A DNA stretch of 64,000 nucleotides, from assembly GCF_964213995.1 (NCBI RefSeq), contig NC_135813.1:60884001-60948000 (forward strand), read 5' to 3'. The translations under genes were made by a program, and so were the position numbers. The first letter of the stretch is position 1, and each line of letters begins with the position of its first letter. The stretch comes from Mustelus asterias (lineage: Eukaryota). Positions 12,860 through 25,978 of the stretch are shown here, one piece after another. The notes below the pieces were generated by a model. That model saw nothing but the letters and a program-made list of their open reading frames with translations. It did no database searches and was not told where the DNA came from.

Positions 12860-12987
12860 GGATGGGATTTTCCGGCCGCGTTCGCCCCAAAGCCGGAAGA
12901 TCCTGCCCAAGGTCACCGGACCTTTGCGTGGTCCACGGTTCCCACTGCTACAATTCCTGTGGCGGGTGAGATGGGAAAATTCTGCCC
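12860..12987. mobile_element. Harbinger-type MITE inside a Penelope-like terminus
   Basis: TIR GGATGGGATTTTCC / GGAAAATTCTGCCC; 3-bp TSD AGC. Confidence 0.7.
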
Positions 12988-13688
12988 AGCACCTATGATG
13001 AAAGAAACAGATAAAGGCGCATGCTAATGATGTTAGAGATGAATGGATTTTCACCAAGTATCTGCTTTTGTTCTGTTCCTCACCAGACTTTCCACAATGT
13101 CTTTTTTAATATATATTCACTTCTATCTGCTCTGGAGACATTTTTTTTTGTTTCTTTCCCTTTTCATTATCAGCTCATTTTGCTTTGCACCGTCACCATT
13201 TATGTCATTTAATCATGCCTGCCCTCCACCCTATTGCAGGCTTCTAGGTTTTGTTTCTTTCTTTCCCTCCCATTTCACTAGCTACGTATTTCCTTTATAG
13301 CTGTTCATTTCTAGCATCTTCCAGTTCTGATGAAAGGTCGTTGACCTGACCCGCAGCTTCCTAATCTAACACACCTGCATGTGAAGGCAGACACAAACCC
13401 TGTTGGCCTTGTTTCTGTGGTGGGTTGATCCAGCATTTCCTGAGATACACACATACATCTCATGGCAATACGTTACCCTGCCGTAATACAGGAAGTTAGC
13501 ATCTAATGAAAGAACAACCTTCACTTCCTGGGTTAAAGGTTAGAACAGACTAATCAGCCATTTCTGATTCATTGAGATTAGAAAATATAGATATTGCACT
13601 GAGAAATGGGGTGAGAGATGGGAAGAGTATTATGTTTCACTAGGTTTACAGGAGCTTTTTGCTCACGTTTTCCCCAACCTTCTTACAG

Positions 13689-13812
13689 AAAGAATCAGCC
13701 AAACAGTGGAGATAATAAAACACACGGTGGACATTGAAGAGAAAGGTGTCAAACTTAAATTGACGATAGTTGACACGCCTGGATTTGGGGATGCGGTGAA
13801 CAACATACAAAG
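13689..13812 (+). CDS. SEPTIN5: Septin-5 exon ([41 protein letters not shown])
   Basis: cttacag / GTGTGT; switch-I Thr and G3 DTPG motif. Confidence 0.96.
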
Positions 13813-14537
13813 GTGTGTACAAATGCAACATCACTGAGGATTAGGTTATTATGGAGACGTTAACAGAGAATTCCATCACTGAGTGAATTGATTAACATGG
13901 AGGTGTGAATAGATTCCTAAAATCTCTAAGAATCCAGTTACTATAAATTAGTATAAATATGACCACAGTACAAAGTTAGGTGACACTGTATAAGATGGGA
14001 GCAGGAAGTTGTAAAGGGACATTGATGTTAATTGTATATTGTATTTAACTGATGCAAATGATGAATATGACTTGTGCCCTTATTAAAAAGCAACAGACTG
14101 AAACTGTGGTTGTAGGGTAAGGAGATGCATGTTTGCAATTGTATATCGCCGGAAATAAATGCTTCTGAAAGTATGTAAAAATTGGCTCCAGTTCTATCCT
14201 TCACCACCTGGCTTTCTGCATTACAACAATTGATAAATTAAATAAGTAAACAAAACGGTGGCATTTTTTAAAGGTTTTTTGAATGCAATGTGGGAAAGTG
14301 TGACATCATCCACTTTGAACTTTATGATGAGATCAGAATATTTTCTAAGTGACAGGAAACTAGGAATTGTGAATGACGAGAGAGATTCAGGATTCCAAAT
14401 AGAGAAATCACGAAAAAACTTGTGAACAGGTACAAAGGTAATAGATTATTGGCATTTATAGCAAGAAGGATGAAAGACATAGGGCTTGAAGCTCTCCAGA
14501 GCTCTAATTAGATTCAGGTTACAGTGCGATGGTCAGT

Positions 14538-14850
14538 TGGGTGGTACATTGGTTAGCTCTGCTGCCTCACAGCGCCAGGGACCCGATTCAATTCCTGCCT
14601 TGAGTGATTGTCTGTGTGGAATTTGCATGTCTCCCTGTGTCCGCATGGGTTTCCTCTGGGTTCTCTGATTTCCAACCACACTCCAAAGAGGTGCAGGTTA
14701 AGTTGATTGGCCATGGTAAATTGCGCCTTAGTGTCAGGGTGACGAGCAGGGTAAATATGTGGGGTTAGGGGGATATGACTTGGGTGGGATTGTTGTCAGT
14801 GCAGACTCGATGGGCCAAATGGCTTCCTTCTGCACTGCAGGGATTCTATG
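14538..14850 (+). mobile_element. HE1/V-SINE-like SINE within a decayed CR1
   Basis: Head, core and CR1-type tail. Confidence 0.8.
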
Positions 14851-15177
14851 GTTTTCAAACCACAACCTCGGGAAGGATGTATTAGTCTTGGAGAGGGTGC
14901 ATAGCAGATTCATCAGAATGGTACCATGACTAAAATGGATAAATGATGAGGACAGGATGGATGGATTAGGCATGTATGCCCCGCAATACAGTCGAATAAG
15001 AGATGATCTAATTGAGGAAATTTAATTAAAGGTGGGCAAAGAGAAACTCTTTCCTCTGGTGGGTGACTCCCAAAATGAGGAGGCATAGTCTCAAGTTTGG
15101 AGCTGCCCATTCAGGGGCGATGTGAGGAAACATTTTTTCACACAAAGGATAGTGAAAAGCCTGGAAACCAGATAAAG

Positions 15178-15481
15178 ACGGCACAGGCAGCAAGGTAGCA
15201 CAGTGGTTAGCCAGCACCAAGGACCTGTGTTCAATTCCCGGCTTGGGTCACTGTCTGTGTGGATTCTGCACGTTTTTCCCATGTCTGCGTGGGTTTCCTC
15301 TGGAGCTCCGGTTTCCTCCCACAGTCCAAACATGTGCACATTAGGTGGATTGGCCATGCTAAATTCTCCCTCAGTGTACCCGAACAGGTGCCAGAGTGTG
15401 GTGACTAGGGGATTTTCACAGTAACTTCATTGCAGTGTTAATATAAGACTACTTGTGAATAATAAATAAACTTTAACTTTA
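15178..15481 (+). mobile_element. HE1-like SINE with alternative (Rex1-like) tail
   Basis: Tail ttttcacagtaacttcattgcagtgttaat...cttgtga.taataaataaacttt. Confidence 0.8.
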
Positions 15482-16199
15482 GTATGGCAGATTTCCTTCC
15501 CTAAAAGACATTAGTGAACCAGATGGGTTTTTCGGACAATCGACAATGTCTTCATAGTCTTCAGTAGATTCTTAATTCCAGATTTGTTTTATTGAATTCA
15601 AATTGCACCATCTTCCGTTGCAGGATTCGAAGCTGGATCCCCAAAACATTAGCTGAGTTTCTGGATTAATAGTCTAGCAGTAAAACCAGTAGGCTATCAG
15701 CTCAAATATTTTATTTCAAAACTAAAATTGATCGATTTTTGTTAGACAAAGGTGCTGAGGGTTATCGAGCCAAGGCGCTTGGATCAATTTAATACACAGA
15801 CCAGCCATGATCTAAATGAATGGCTTGATGGGCTGAATGGTCTACTCCTGTGTTAAATACTATTTATAGAGCACATATTTGGCCCAATGGGTCTGTTCTG
15901 GTGTTTATGCTCCACACGAGCCTTTCCCACTTCATTTGAATCTATTACCATTTCCTTTTTATTTCTTCCTCCTTCAAGTACTTGGCTTACTTCCCCCTTA
16001 AATGCATCTATGACATTTGTCTCAATTATTCTGTACGGTAGCAAAATTCACATTCTAACTGTTCTCCAACAATATTTCTCTTGAATTCTTCATTGGATTT
16101 ATTAATTATTAGAATTAATCATTAAGAATAGATACAATGTTGCTGGAGTATGGTGAATGTAGAGATATATTTGAGCATTGCTAAAAAAACACACGGAGC

Positions 16200-16610
16200 A
16201 TGCTGGCTAAGCTTTTCATCTTGGACTCATCAGGTTAGATCACAAGATTACTCACTGTAAAGGGAACAATTTATATTGCATGAGAAGAGAGTGCTGGTTG
16301 TTTGGCAAGTGCATTCTGATTGGTCGAGGCAGTGACATTGATAATGCCATAGGGAACAGCAAACTACCAGGCTATTGTTCAAATTCAAACCAGGCAGGTC
16401 AACTCTGATCAAGGCATCACCGTGGGGAATGAACCAGTGAATGGCTGACCCCCCAGCCTTTTGTTTGGTTGAAAACAGCACAATGCGTAGACATGCTCCT
16501 TCTGTCTCCAAAGGACAAAGCCCGACATATGAATATATGTGGCTTCTAGCATGTGTAAGTGAGCCACCCTGAGAGCCTGACTGATGATATATAGCGATAT
16601 ACATTGGCAG
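16200..16610 (-). mobile_element. Penelope-like element 3' fragment, second family
   Basis: IISQALRVAHLHMLEATYIH...VLWRQKEHV (GIY-YIG C-terminal type); CTGATGA-GTCcaaGAT-GAAA-AGCTT core at about 16208-16233. Confidence 0.65.
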
Positions 16611-18484
16611 TACATAAGCCAGGTTTTCATATTTATATCAGGATTTATACAAGAAGTGTCACCGATATATATCAGCATTCTATGTTTGAAATGTCCATAT
16701 GGAATATGAATAAAGAAACTCAGGTCACAGCTTGTTCTATTTATGGAACTCGTGTGCACAAAAATTATGCACCTCAAACTCTGTGCTGTAAATAGTATCC
16801 ATCATTCACTTACATAAAAAGGAGTAGGAACAGTCCATTCATCCATATATGCAGGGGGGAGCTGGACAATATGATTTTAGAATTAGAAGTTCTGAAGCAT
16901 GAACTAACTTTTTTTCATTTGGCAGCTCCGGGGTCTTTACAGTTTCTCTTGGTTCACCATTTAAAAAAAAAGTTTTAGTGCATATCATGTGATGCTAACA
17001 CACATTCCAAAAAGAGTCATGTTAGTATTGTGCTATTAAAACAGGCACTGGTTAAAGAAAATTAAAAATTGTAAATGCCCCAGTGTCATCAAACAAAAGT
17101 GCTCCTTTTTAGCTGGGCACAAATTGTAAAGCCCAAAACGTAGTAAAAATAAAAAGAATTTAAAATTGAACTGATAATATTACTTCCTGTGTTTACCACA
17201 GGCTCTAGTCCCTGTGGTCTCTGCCAGTTACAATAGACCTCAGCTCTCTTTCCAGGGCCATCAGGTGACCGTACAACCACAAACCTATGTTTTGTTTCTT
17301 TCTGTAGACAGTTGCCATTCAGTGTCTTGTTTGCCTACTGGCTCGAGACACAAATGGGTTATATAGGGTAGGATTTTTGTTCCAATATGGAGTGGGAATG
17401 GAGGCAGACAGACGCAGAATTTCCTGATGCAATCTGGCATGCCAGTCCCCTATCACAGTTCCAACACTCAGCCACTTTCCTGACGATTGGATTGGACATG
17501 GAGAGGCCACCCAAAATTGGTGATGGGTAGTATATTAAAAGGGTATTCCATTGATCAGAGGGCTACAGATGCCTGGTGTCTGATCAGCGGGGCCATCACT
17601 CCAGGATCACTTAGAACACCACCCTAGCAGCCAGAACACTGCATCAGCTGCAGATCACTCAGTAGAGAGATTCTTCTTCCACAATGGCGGCTGGCAGCAG
17701 TGGTCATTTTTAGTTTCAAATATTTAAAAAGTGCGGAGGGGGCCTCAAGATGGAAATGCCGTTTCTCTCCCTTACCCACAATGGCAGGCTGCAGTGCCTC
17801 AGTGCAGGAGGGCCTCCTATTATACCCCAGCTTTGAGAATCTGCCAGCTCTCCTGAACCGGATGGGAAGCGCACCCTCTGGCTGCAAATTGGCCAATTTT
17901 GCAAAAATCACTCAGGGGTTGCTGCTCCTGACGTGGGTCAGGACTTGCATTTGACACCAACATTGGTGTCCTGGCTCCAAATGGGAAACACTGCCCATTG
18001 CCTGGTTGCTCAAAGAGGTGGTGGGAAATCGGGAATGGAGGACAATGAGTGAGGCAGGAACACAGGTGCCACAGCACTCCTGGGAGATCGACGAGCGATA
18101 GATGAGTCCAGATAGAATAATCATGCACATGCCCTGGGCAGAGAAGGCTTGATGGAACAAATGGTTTAGACCTGCTCTATACTCTATTGAGTTCCTAAAT
18201 ATAGCTACATTGGCTGCAGTGCTACATGCGAGAACGTAACAAAGATTGCTGAATCAAGTAGATGGCGGGACAAATTTGGAAGGAATGGGCTCTGTGGGCT
18301 GAATGGCCTCATCATCTTCTTTTGCTTTCCTACATTCTTAAAGCGATCTCAGATTGACCAGGGGCAGTGCACATTACAACTGTGATGCAACTTTGCTGAC
18401 TATTGCAGGCTTACTTAGCCAATAAAAGACCCAAAGCATGAGAACTCTTTGATTACAGCCTCTCCTCTCTCTCTTCTGTTGCAG

Positions 18485-18619
18485 CTGGAAGCCCATAGCC
18501 GATTACATCGACCAACAGTTTGAACAGTATTTCCGAGATGAAAGTGGCCTGAACAGGAAGAACATTCAGGATAACCGAGTGCACTGTTGCCTGTATTTTA
18601 TCTCTCCTTATGGACACGG
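18485..18619 (+). CDS. SEPTIN5: Septin-5 exon ([44 protein letters not shown])
   Basis: Long pyrimidine tract plus gcag / GTAAGA; typical septin [10 protein letters not shown] motif. Confidence 0.97.
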
Positions 18620-18851
18620 GTAAGAGGAAGAGTTGGACTGAGGGGTAATTGTATCATTTTTCTATTGGTTCTTCCTGTCACTGAATATGTTAACTAGAGG
18701 TAGGAGCATAATAATGCTGTTATAGGATGTAGCAAGAGGACACATCTGGATCTGATTGTGAACATATTCCTATCAGCCCGAGAGATGCCTGGACCTAATG
18801 TTAATTTAGGGGTTGATACTCCTCGCTGTAGGAGCCATGATTGGCAGAACA

Positions 18852-19150
18852 GAGAATCATAGAATCCATACAGTGCAGAAGGAGGTCATTCAGCCCACCA
18901 AGCCTTCATCGACAACAATCCCACCCAGGCCCTAACCCCATACATTTACCCTGCTAATCCCCCCTGACACTAGGGGACAATTTTAGCATGATCACTCTAC
19001 CTATCTTAGGAGTGTGGGAGGAAACCGGAGCACCTGGAGGAAACCCACGCAGACAACGTGAAACTCTGCACAGTCACCCATGGCTGGAATTGAACCCGAG
19101 TCCCTGGCGCTGTGAGGCAGCCCGCTAACCACTGTGCCACCATGTCGCCA
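18852..19150 (-). mobile_element. HE1/V-SINE-like SINE
   Basis: Family head, core and tail. Confidence 0.8.
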
Positions 19151-19555
19151 TAGTGAACTCTGTGCTCCGTTTGTTCTTTAAGCACTGAGGGGCATTAGGA
19201 GAAGGTTGAGTTTCTCTTGGTGAGTGAGACAAACAGATTTATTTTTCATTCCTTCATGAGATGTGGGTTTCACTGGCTACGCCAGTATTTTTATTGCTGG
19301 TCCCCAATTGCCTCTGAGATGATGGTGGTGAGCCACTTTTTGATCTGCTGCTGTCCATACATTTCTGTATGTCTTGGGGCCCTTTTAAAATTTGATGATC
19401 CCAGCTTGCAGAAGAGTGTTGTACTGCTTCAACCTGTTTGGATACATTTTAGGCTGCGTACATGGAATTGGGAGTCTGGTTCTGTGATTGATTTGATTTG
19501 CCTGGGGAGAGGGTTTCTACTACTCTGACATTGGATGGTGCTGGGCTTGTCTTAC

Positions 19556-19845
19556 AGGGTGGCACAGTGGTTAGCACTGCTGCCTCACAGCACCAGGGAC
19601 CCAGGTTCGATTCCTGGCTTAGGTCACTGTCTCAGCGGAGTTTGCACTTTCTCCCCGTGTCTGCATGAGTTTCCTCTGGTTTCCTCCCACAGTCCGAAAG
19701 ACGGGCTGTTTAGGTGCATTGGCCATACTAAATTCTCCCTCAGTGCACCCAAACAGGCGCCGGAGTGTGGCGACTAGGAGATTTTCACAGTAACTTCATT
19801 GCAGTGTTAATGTAAGCCTACTCGTGACACTAATAAATAAACTTA
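19556..19845 (+). mobile_element. HE1-like SINE with alternative tail
   Basis: Same tail as the copies at 15178 and 62372. Confidence 0.8.
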
Positions 19846-20239
19846 GGTGTAAAGTGGGGGCCTGAGGATCCATTGTGGTAGGTGGAATGCACACACTTAT
19901 TCCACACTGAAAGTGCTTGACAATCATGTGGTTAAAGTTCCTCTAGAAACACCGCATGCGAGCAGCAGAAACAGGCGTTTGGTTCTATGCTTGGGGTGGT
20001 AGTGGGTTGATCAGATGCCTTTTTGAGATACCCTTAATTGAGCAGGAATTTGCAGACAAATAAAGGGGACTACTCGAGGCTGCCATTGGAAAACTAAATT
20101 TGTACATATTTACTTAGTTTATTGTGGAGCCAGGAGGAAGAGCAGTGCTCTTCCAAGCGCCACATTAAATCCACTGCTGACCAACTCTCATTTGCATCAG
20201 GGTGTGATCTAACCATGCTCTGGGTGCAATTTGTATTTC

Positions 20240-20520
20240 TGTATGGAGGGGTGATTAATTTTTAGGGGCGATTTGTTTTTCCGTGCATGAAGGGAGGGTG
20301 ATTTATCTCTGGGAGGAACTGTTTCTGTGTCTGTGGGGAAGGGTGATTTATCTCTGGGAGGATCTGTTTCACTGACTGCAGGAAAGGGTGAGTTATTTCT
20401 AAGGTGATCTGTTTCTCTGTGTGTGGGGAAGGGTGATTTATCTCTCGGACGAGTTTCCCTTTATCTGAAGGTATAACGTGCCTGTCTCGGGAGTAATTTA
20501 TTCCCTCTGTTTGGGTTAAG
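20240..20520 (+). repeat. 45-bp minisatellite abutting a SEPT5 acceptor
   Basis: GGGTGA units start at 20296, 20341, 20386, 20431 with degenerate copies on both sides. Confidence 0.85.
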
Positions 20521-20638
20521 GTTGCGGCCGCTGGACACAGAGTTCATGAAGGCATTACACCAGAAAGTGAACATTGTGCCAGTGATTGCGAAAGCCGACT
20601 CACTCACACCTATTGAGGTGAAGAAACTCAAAGAGAGG
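20521..20638 (+). CDS. SEPTIN5: Septin-5 exon ([39 protein letters not shown])
   Basis: G4 AKAD motif; weak acceptor ttgggttaag, GTGAGA donor; phase fits. Confidence 0.95.
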
Positions 20639-22069
20639 GTGAGAAACATCATTCATAAAATAACAGTTGTGAGCTAAATACAAGAATGTTAAATTCAGTC
20701 CTGTCAATATTATTGGCCTTATTTTAATAGCCAGGGAAATGTGTCAGGAACCATGAGACACATATAACTGTAAACCAAAATAGTGTTGTTAATGGACCAT
20801 GTTTTTCGATTTAATGACAAGTTCAAAATGTTGACTGATCAGGATTGAACAGCGTTCATTCATTGAGTAGATGCAATCTGCAGTACAGCCTGTATTAATG
20901 CTGATGGAGAATTGGTCTTTCCTGTATCTGCTCTGTATGCACTCTGCAATGCATAATCTGCAGTGTTGTCACATTTGTGCCAGTTTGGTCACCTATGGCA
21001 AGCTCACCTTCTATTCTTCACCTCCCTTTTCTTTTATCTTGATGTTCTCATTTATCATGAGGCCAATTACTAAGTGTATGCCAATGACACAAAGCGTCAT
21101 CTCGAGGCAATGGCACAGTGGAACTATCACTGGACCAGCAATCCAGAGACCAAGGGTAATGCCCTTGGAATCTGGGTTCCAATCCTACCATGGTGAAATG
21201 TGAATTTAATAAAAATCTGGAATTAGAAGTCTAATGATGAAACCATTGTTGATTGTCATAAAAACCCATCTGGTTCACGAATGTCCTTTAGGGAAGGAAA
21301 TCTGCCTGGTTTAGCCTACATGTGACTTCAGACCCACAGCAATGTGGTTGATTAGGGATGGACAATAAATGCTGGCCCAGCCAACGATGGCCACATCCTG
21401 TAAAAATTAATTTAAAAATATTACTCTCGACTCCATGACTGCTTGCTATACAATTTGACTGCCTGTCCAGCATCCCAATTGTGGAGAGCAAAGAAGTTTT
21501 TTCATCTTAACATCAGTAAGATCATGTCTTTCTTTTATTTTAATTAATTCTCAAAATGTGTGTGTTGCTGATAAGGGCAGTGTTGATTGCCCATCTCTAG
21601 TTGCCCTGAGGTTTGATGCTGTTTGTTAGATTATTTTAGAGAGCAGTTAATAGTAAACCACATTAACTGCTTCTGGAATCTCATATGGACCTGACCCCCC
21701 TAAAGGACATCTGTGAGCCAGATGTTGTTTTCACAATCCGACCAGTTTCATTTTTACTGATGCTAGCTTTTTATTGCTAGAATTATTTTCAAAGTTAATT
21801 TGTGATGGGACTTAAACTCAAATTGTCTGGATTATTAGTCCAGAAGTGAACATTAGTCCAATCGTGTAACCTCAATGCTACCATATCCTTTTTGGCTTAG
21901 GTGAAAAGCTTTATTCCCTAGCATTCAGTTCCATGTTTCCCATTGGCTTTTTGCTCGAGCTGTACTCAGTGGTACCGGCTTTGGCCCTTCAATGCTCACA
22001 TCCTATCCATCATCATGTTTGACTGTTTTTGCCTGTATGTGTGTATTGGCTGCTACTTCTCCCTCCCTC

Positions 22070-23623
22070 ATTATAGAATCCCTACAGTGCAGAAGGAGGC
22101 CATCTGGCCCATTGAGTCTGCACCGACCACAATCCCACCCAGGCCCTATTCCCGTAACCCCACATATTTACCCTTCTAATCCCCCTGACACTAAGGTCAA
22201 TTTAGCATGGCCAAATAACCTAACCCACACACCTTTGAACTTAAGAACTAGGAGCAGGAGTAGGCCATCTGGCTCGTCGAGTCTGCTCCGCCATTCAATA
22301 AGATCATGCCTGATCTTTTCGTGGACTCAGTTCCACTTACCCGCCCGCTCACCATAGCCCTTAATTCCTTTACTGTTCAAAAATTTATCTATCCTTGCCT
22401 TAAAAACATTCAATGAGGTAGCTCAACTGCTTCACTGGGCAGGGAATTCCACAGATTCACAACCCTTTGTGTGAAGACGTTCCTCCTCAACTTAGTTCTA
22501 AATCTGCTCCCCCTTATTTTGAGGCCAAGTCCCCTAGTTCTAGTTTCATCCGCCAACCTCCCTGCTTCTACCTTATCTATTCCAATCATAATCTTATATG
22601 TTTCTATAAGGTTTCCCCTCATTCTTCTGAATTCCAATGAGTATAGCCCCAGTCTACTCAGCCTCTCCTCATAAGCCAACCATCTGAACTCCGGAATCAA
22701 CCTAGTGAGTCTCCTCTGTACCCCTCCAGTGCCAGTATATCGTTTCTCAAGTAAGGAGACCAAAACTGTATACAGTACTCCAGGTGTGGCCTCACCAGCA
22801 CCTTATACAGCTGCAACATAACCTCGCTGTTTTTAAACTCCATCCCTCTAGCAATGAAGGACAAAATTCCATTTGCCTTCTTAATTACCTGCTGCACCTG
22901 CAAACCAACTCCTTGAGATTCCGGCACAAGGACACTCAGGTCCCTCTGCACAGCAGCATGCTGCAATTTTTTACCATTTAAATAATAGTCCATTTTGCTG
23001 TTATTCCCACCAAAATGGATGACCTCACATTTAACAACATTGTACTCCATCTGCCAGACCCTCGCCCACTCACTTAGACTATCTGTATCCCTTTGCAGAC
23101 TTTCAGCATCCTCTGCACACTTTGCTCTGCCACTCATCTTAGTGTCGTCTGTGAATTTTGACACACTGCGCTTGGTCCCCAACTCCAAATCATCGATGTA
23201 AATCATAAGCAATTGCGGTCCCAACACTGATCCCTGAGGCACACCGCTAGTCACTGATCCCCAACCAGAAAAACACCCATTTACCCCCATTCTTTGCTTT
23301 CTGTTAGTTAACCAATCCTCTATCCATGCTAATAGATTACCTGTAACACCGTGCACCTTTATCTTATGTAGCAATCTTTGGAGCGGCACCTTGTCAAATG
23401 CCTTATGGAAATCCAGACACACCACATCCACAGGTTCCCCATTGTCCACTGCACATGTAATGTTCTCAAAGAACTGTGGGAGGAAATCAGAGCACCTGGA
23501 GGAACCCACATAGACATGGGGAGAATGTGCGAACTCCACACAGACAATGACCCGAGGCCGGAATTGACCCCGCGTCTCTGGCGCTATGAGGCAGCAGTGC
23601 TAACCACTGTGCCACCGTGCTGC
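22070..23623 (-). mobile_element. 5'-truncated CR1 LINE (about 22240-23472) inserted into an HE1-like SINE
   Basis: RT motifs LDFHKAFDKVP, SGVPQGSVLGP, KFTDDTK, LYKVLVRPHLEYC; SINE halves rejoin at gaact|gtgggagg. Confidence 0.9.
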
Positions 23624-24082
23624 CTCATACTCAATATAATCTCCAAGCTCAACATTCTCCAATGTACTCCTGCCCAGCTTCCCCAGCGTGTGTTCCTGCC
23701 CCCCCCTCCCCCCCACCCCCCCAACCCCGCTGGACAAATTCAAAACTCCCGATAGTGTTGTAAGTTGTACCAGCCTAGGGCTTACCAACCTATATACATA
23801 CACAGTCCCACAATCATATTGAAATCTTCATTATTTTGTAGGAATCCCTGATGGCCTTCCCATATCCATCTAATCCCTCCACCATTTCTGCAACATTTTC
23901 AGCTATTGTTCCATTGTTCTCTCTGACTCTGTACATTAGGAGGTCCCTCCTCCTGTTCCAGAATTGGTGACAGGATGTTTTCAGTCATCATGCTTCCAGG
24001 CTCTGGAATTCTCTCCCTCCACTTTTTCTCCTTCCTCTATCTCTTCCCAAAATCTACTCAAAGACAATCTCTTTGATCACAC

Positions 24083-24920
24083 TAAGATGAAAGCAAAATA
24101 CTGCAGATGCTGAACCCCAACACAAACTGGAGGAACAGCACCTCATCTTCCGATTGGGCCTTCTGGACTGAACATTGAGTTCAACAACTTCAGAGGATGA
24201 ACTCTCTCCTCTACTTTCGTCCCATTTCCATTAATTTTATTTCATTTTGTTTCTTCTTTTCATAAGACCATAAAATATAGGAACAGAATTAGGCCATTCG
24301 GCCCATCGAGTCTGCTCCACCATTCAATCATGGCTGATATGATTCTCATCCACATTCTCCTGCCTTATCCCTATAACCTCTGATCCCCTTATTGATCAAG
24401 AATCTATCTATCTCTGTTTTAAAGACACTCAGTGACCTGGCCCCCACAGCCCTCTGTGGCAATGAGTTCCACAGTTCACTACCCTCTGGCTGAAGAAATT
24501 CCTCCTTGTCTCGTTCATCCATTTCTATCCTCCCTCTTTCTCACTTCAATTTTTCCACTTCTCCATTCCAGCTCTCTCTTGTTCCTCCTCCCCCGCCCTC
24601 CTGCCCCCTGCCCCCCACCCCAGGGCAACTGCCTTAACCATCTGTATCTCTGTTCTGCCATTCACACATTCTGATCACATAATGGACACTTTTAGCACCT
24701 TTCTCAGCCTTCTTCATCCTTATTTGCATTCCCTTTGTCTAATTACAGACCCACCTCTCCCCCCCCCCCCCCCCCCCCCCACCCTCATAGTATAAATCTC
24801 TCCTGATTTTCTTTGCTCTTAGCTCTGACTAAGGGTCATCCAGACTTGAAACGTTAACTCTATTCTCTCTCCATAGATGCTGTCAGAAGTGCTGATATTT
24901 TCCACCATTTTCTGCTTTCG
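24083..24920 (+). mobile_element. Penelope-like 3' fragment with short inverted 5' end and a nested CR1 tail (about 24265-24510)
   Basis: KLEEQHLIFRLG..GLNIEFNNFR; mutated hammerhead 24821-24860; 15-bp TSD (14/15) at 24068-24082 and 24921-24935; C22 run at 24759-24780. Confidence 0.75.
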
Positions 24921-25093
24921 TCTCTCTGATCACACAATTGTTTGACACTCTGCCTTTGTGCTTACTCTATCTGTCTCCTCCCCTGAAGCTCATTGACATG
25001 CCTCACTATGATATTGTCATCATGAAGATTGCAGTACAGTAACCAGTTTCTTAATAACTTAATTTTGCCATGTTCATTCTTGTGCCAATGTAG

Positions 25094-25195
25094 ATTAGAG
25101 ATGAAATTGAACAGTACGGAATTAAAATATATCAATTTCCAGAGTGCGACTCAGATGAGGATGATGACTTTAAGCAACAGGACAAGGAACTAAAG
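25094..25195 (+). CDS. SEPTIN5: Septin-5 exon (IRDEIEQYGIKIYQFPECDSDEDDDFKQQDKELK)
   Basis: tgtag / GTGAGA; acidic FPECDSDED motif of the SEPT2 group. Confidence 0.96.
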
Positions 25196-25978
25196 GTGAG
25201 ATGCAATTCCAGGGATGTGGGATGCAAGGGAAGGATAGTTCTGGAAGGAAGGAGTGGAGAGAGGAGATCAAACTGTTGGAATAAATCAGGAGTGGCGTGC
25301 ACTCTGACTCTAATCCTGGTTAAAGACAATGGGATCACATCCAAACCTCAAACTGAGTTGAATATGATCACACTTCAGAACTTTAATTGATTGACCAGTG
25401 CCCAGAATAAAACTTAATGGAATAGAACCTCATCCCAAATGTAATGAGGTGTCTGAAAATCAATAACAATCACAACATTACCTAATAGCCACTGACGAGG
25501 AAAGCCATTTAGTCAATTTTAACTCATCTGTTCAGAAACTATGTGTGTGGTGTTGGCTCACGTCTTGATTGTTATTGGAAGAAGGAATTATCTGCAACTG
25601 AACACAAGAATACAACACAAAGAAATGGAAGCAGGAGAAGGCCACCAGCCCCTTCAAGCCTGCCCCACCATTCAATGAGATCATGGCTGATCTATGCTGG
25701 CCTCCAACTATGGGGCACAGTAGCATGGTGGGGTATTCAACCCGAGATCATCTTTATTTTCTGTCCCTGTTATATTTATTAATTAATCCCGTTAGAGAAA
25801 CTTCATTTTGAAAATTTAATTTGCTGAATTTGGAGCATATCAATTATGGGGGCAGACAGTACTTGAGAAATTATTAGTCAGACATTACGAAATACTTTAG
25901 CCTCTCAGTTCTAGTAATCCTCTTGAATATCAATCAAAGGAATGAACAATGTCAGGAATCTGCTGTCAGTGATGCCAC

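Noticed and set aside
20240-20520. CRISPR-like array
   Set aside because: Vertebrate DNA; contiguous tandem units without unique spacers
22697-23539. 280-aa ORF, the longest in the track
   Set aside because: Chance fusion of SINE sequence to a truncated CR1 RT; not a host gene
24759-24780. C22 run and other G/C runs (about 8203, 23698, 55775) as functional G-quadruplexes
   Set aside because: Mostly homopolymer expansions in or next to repeats; no evidence of function and lengths are error-prone
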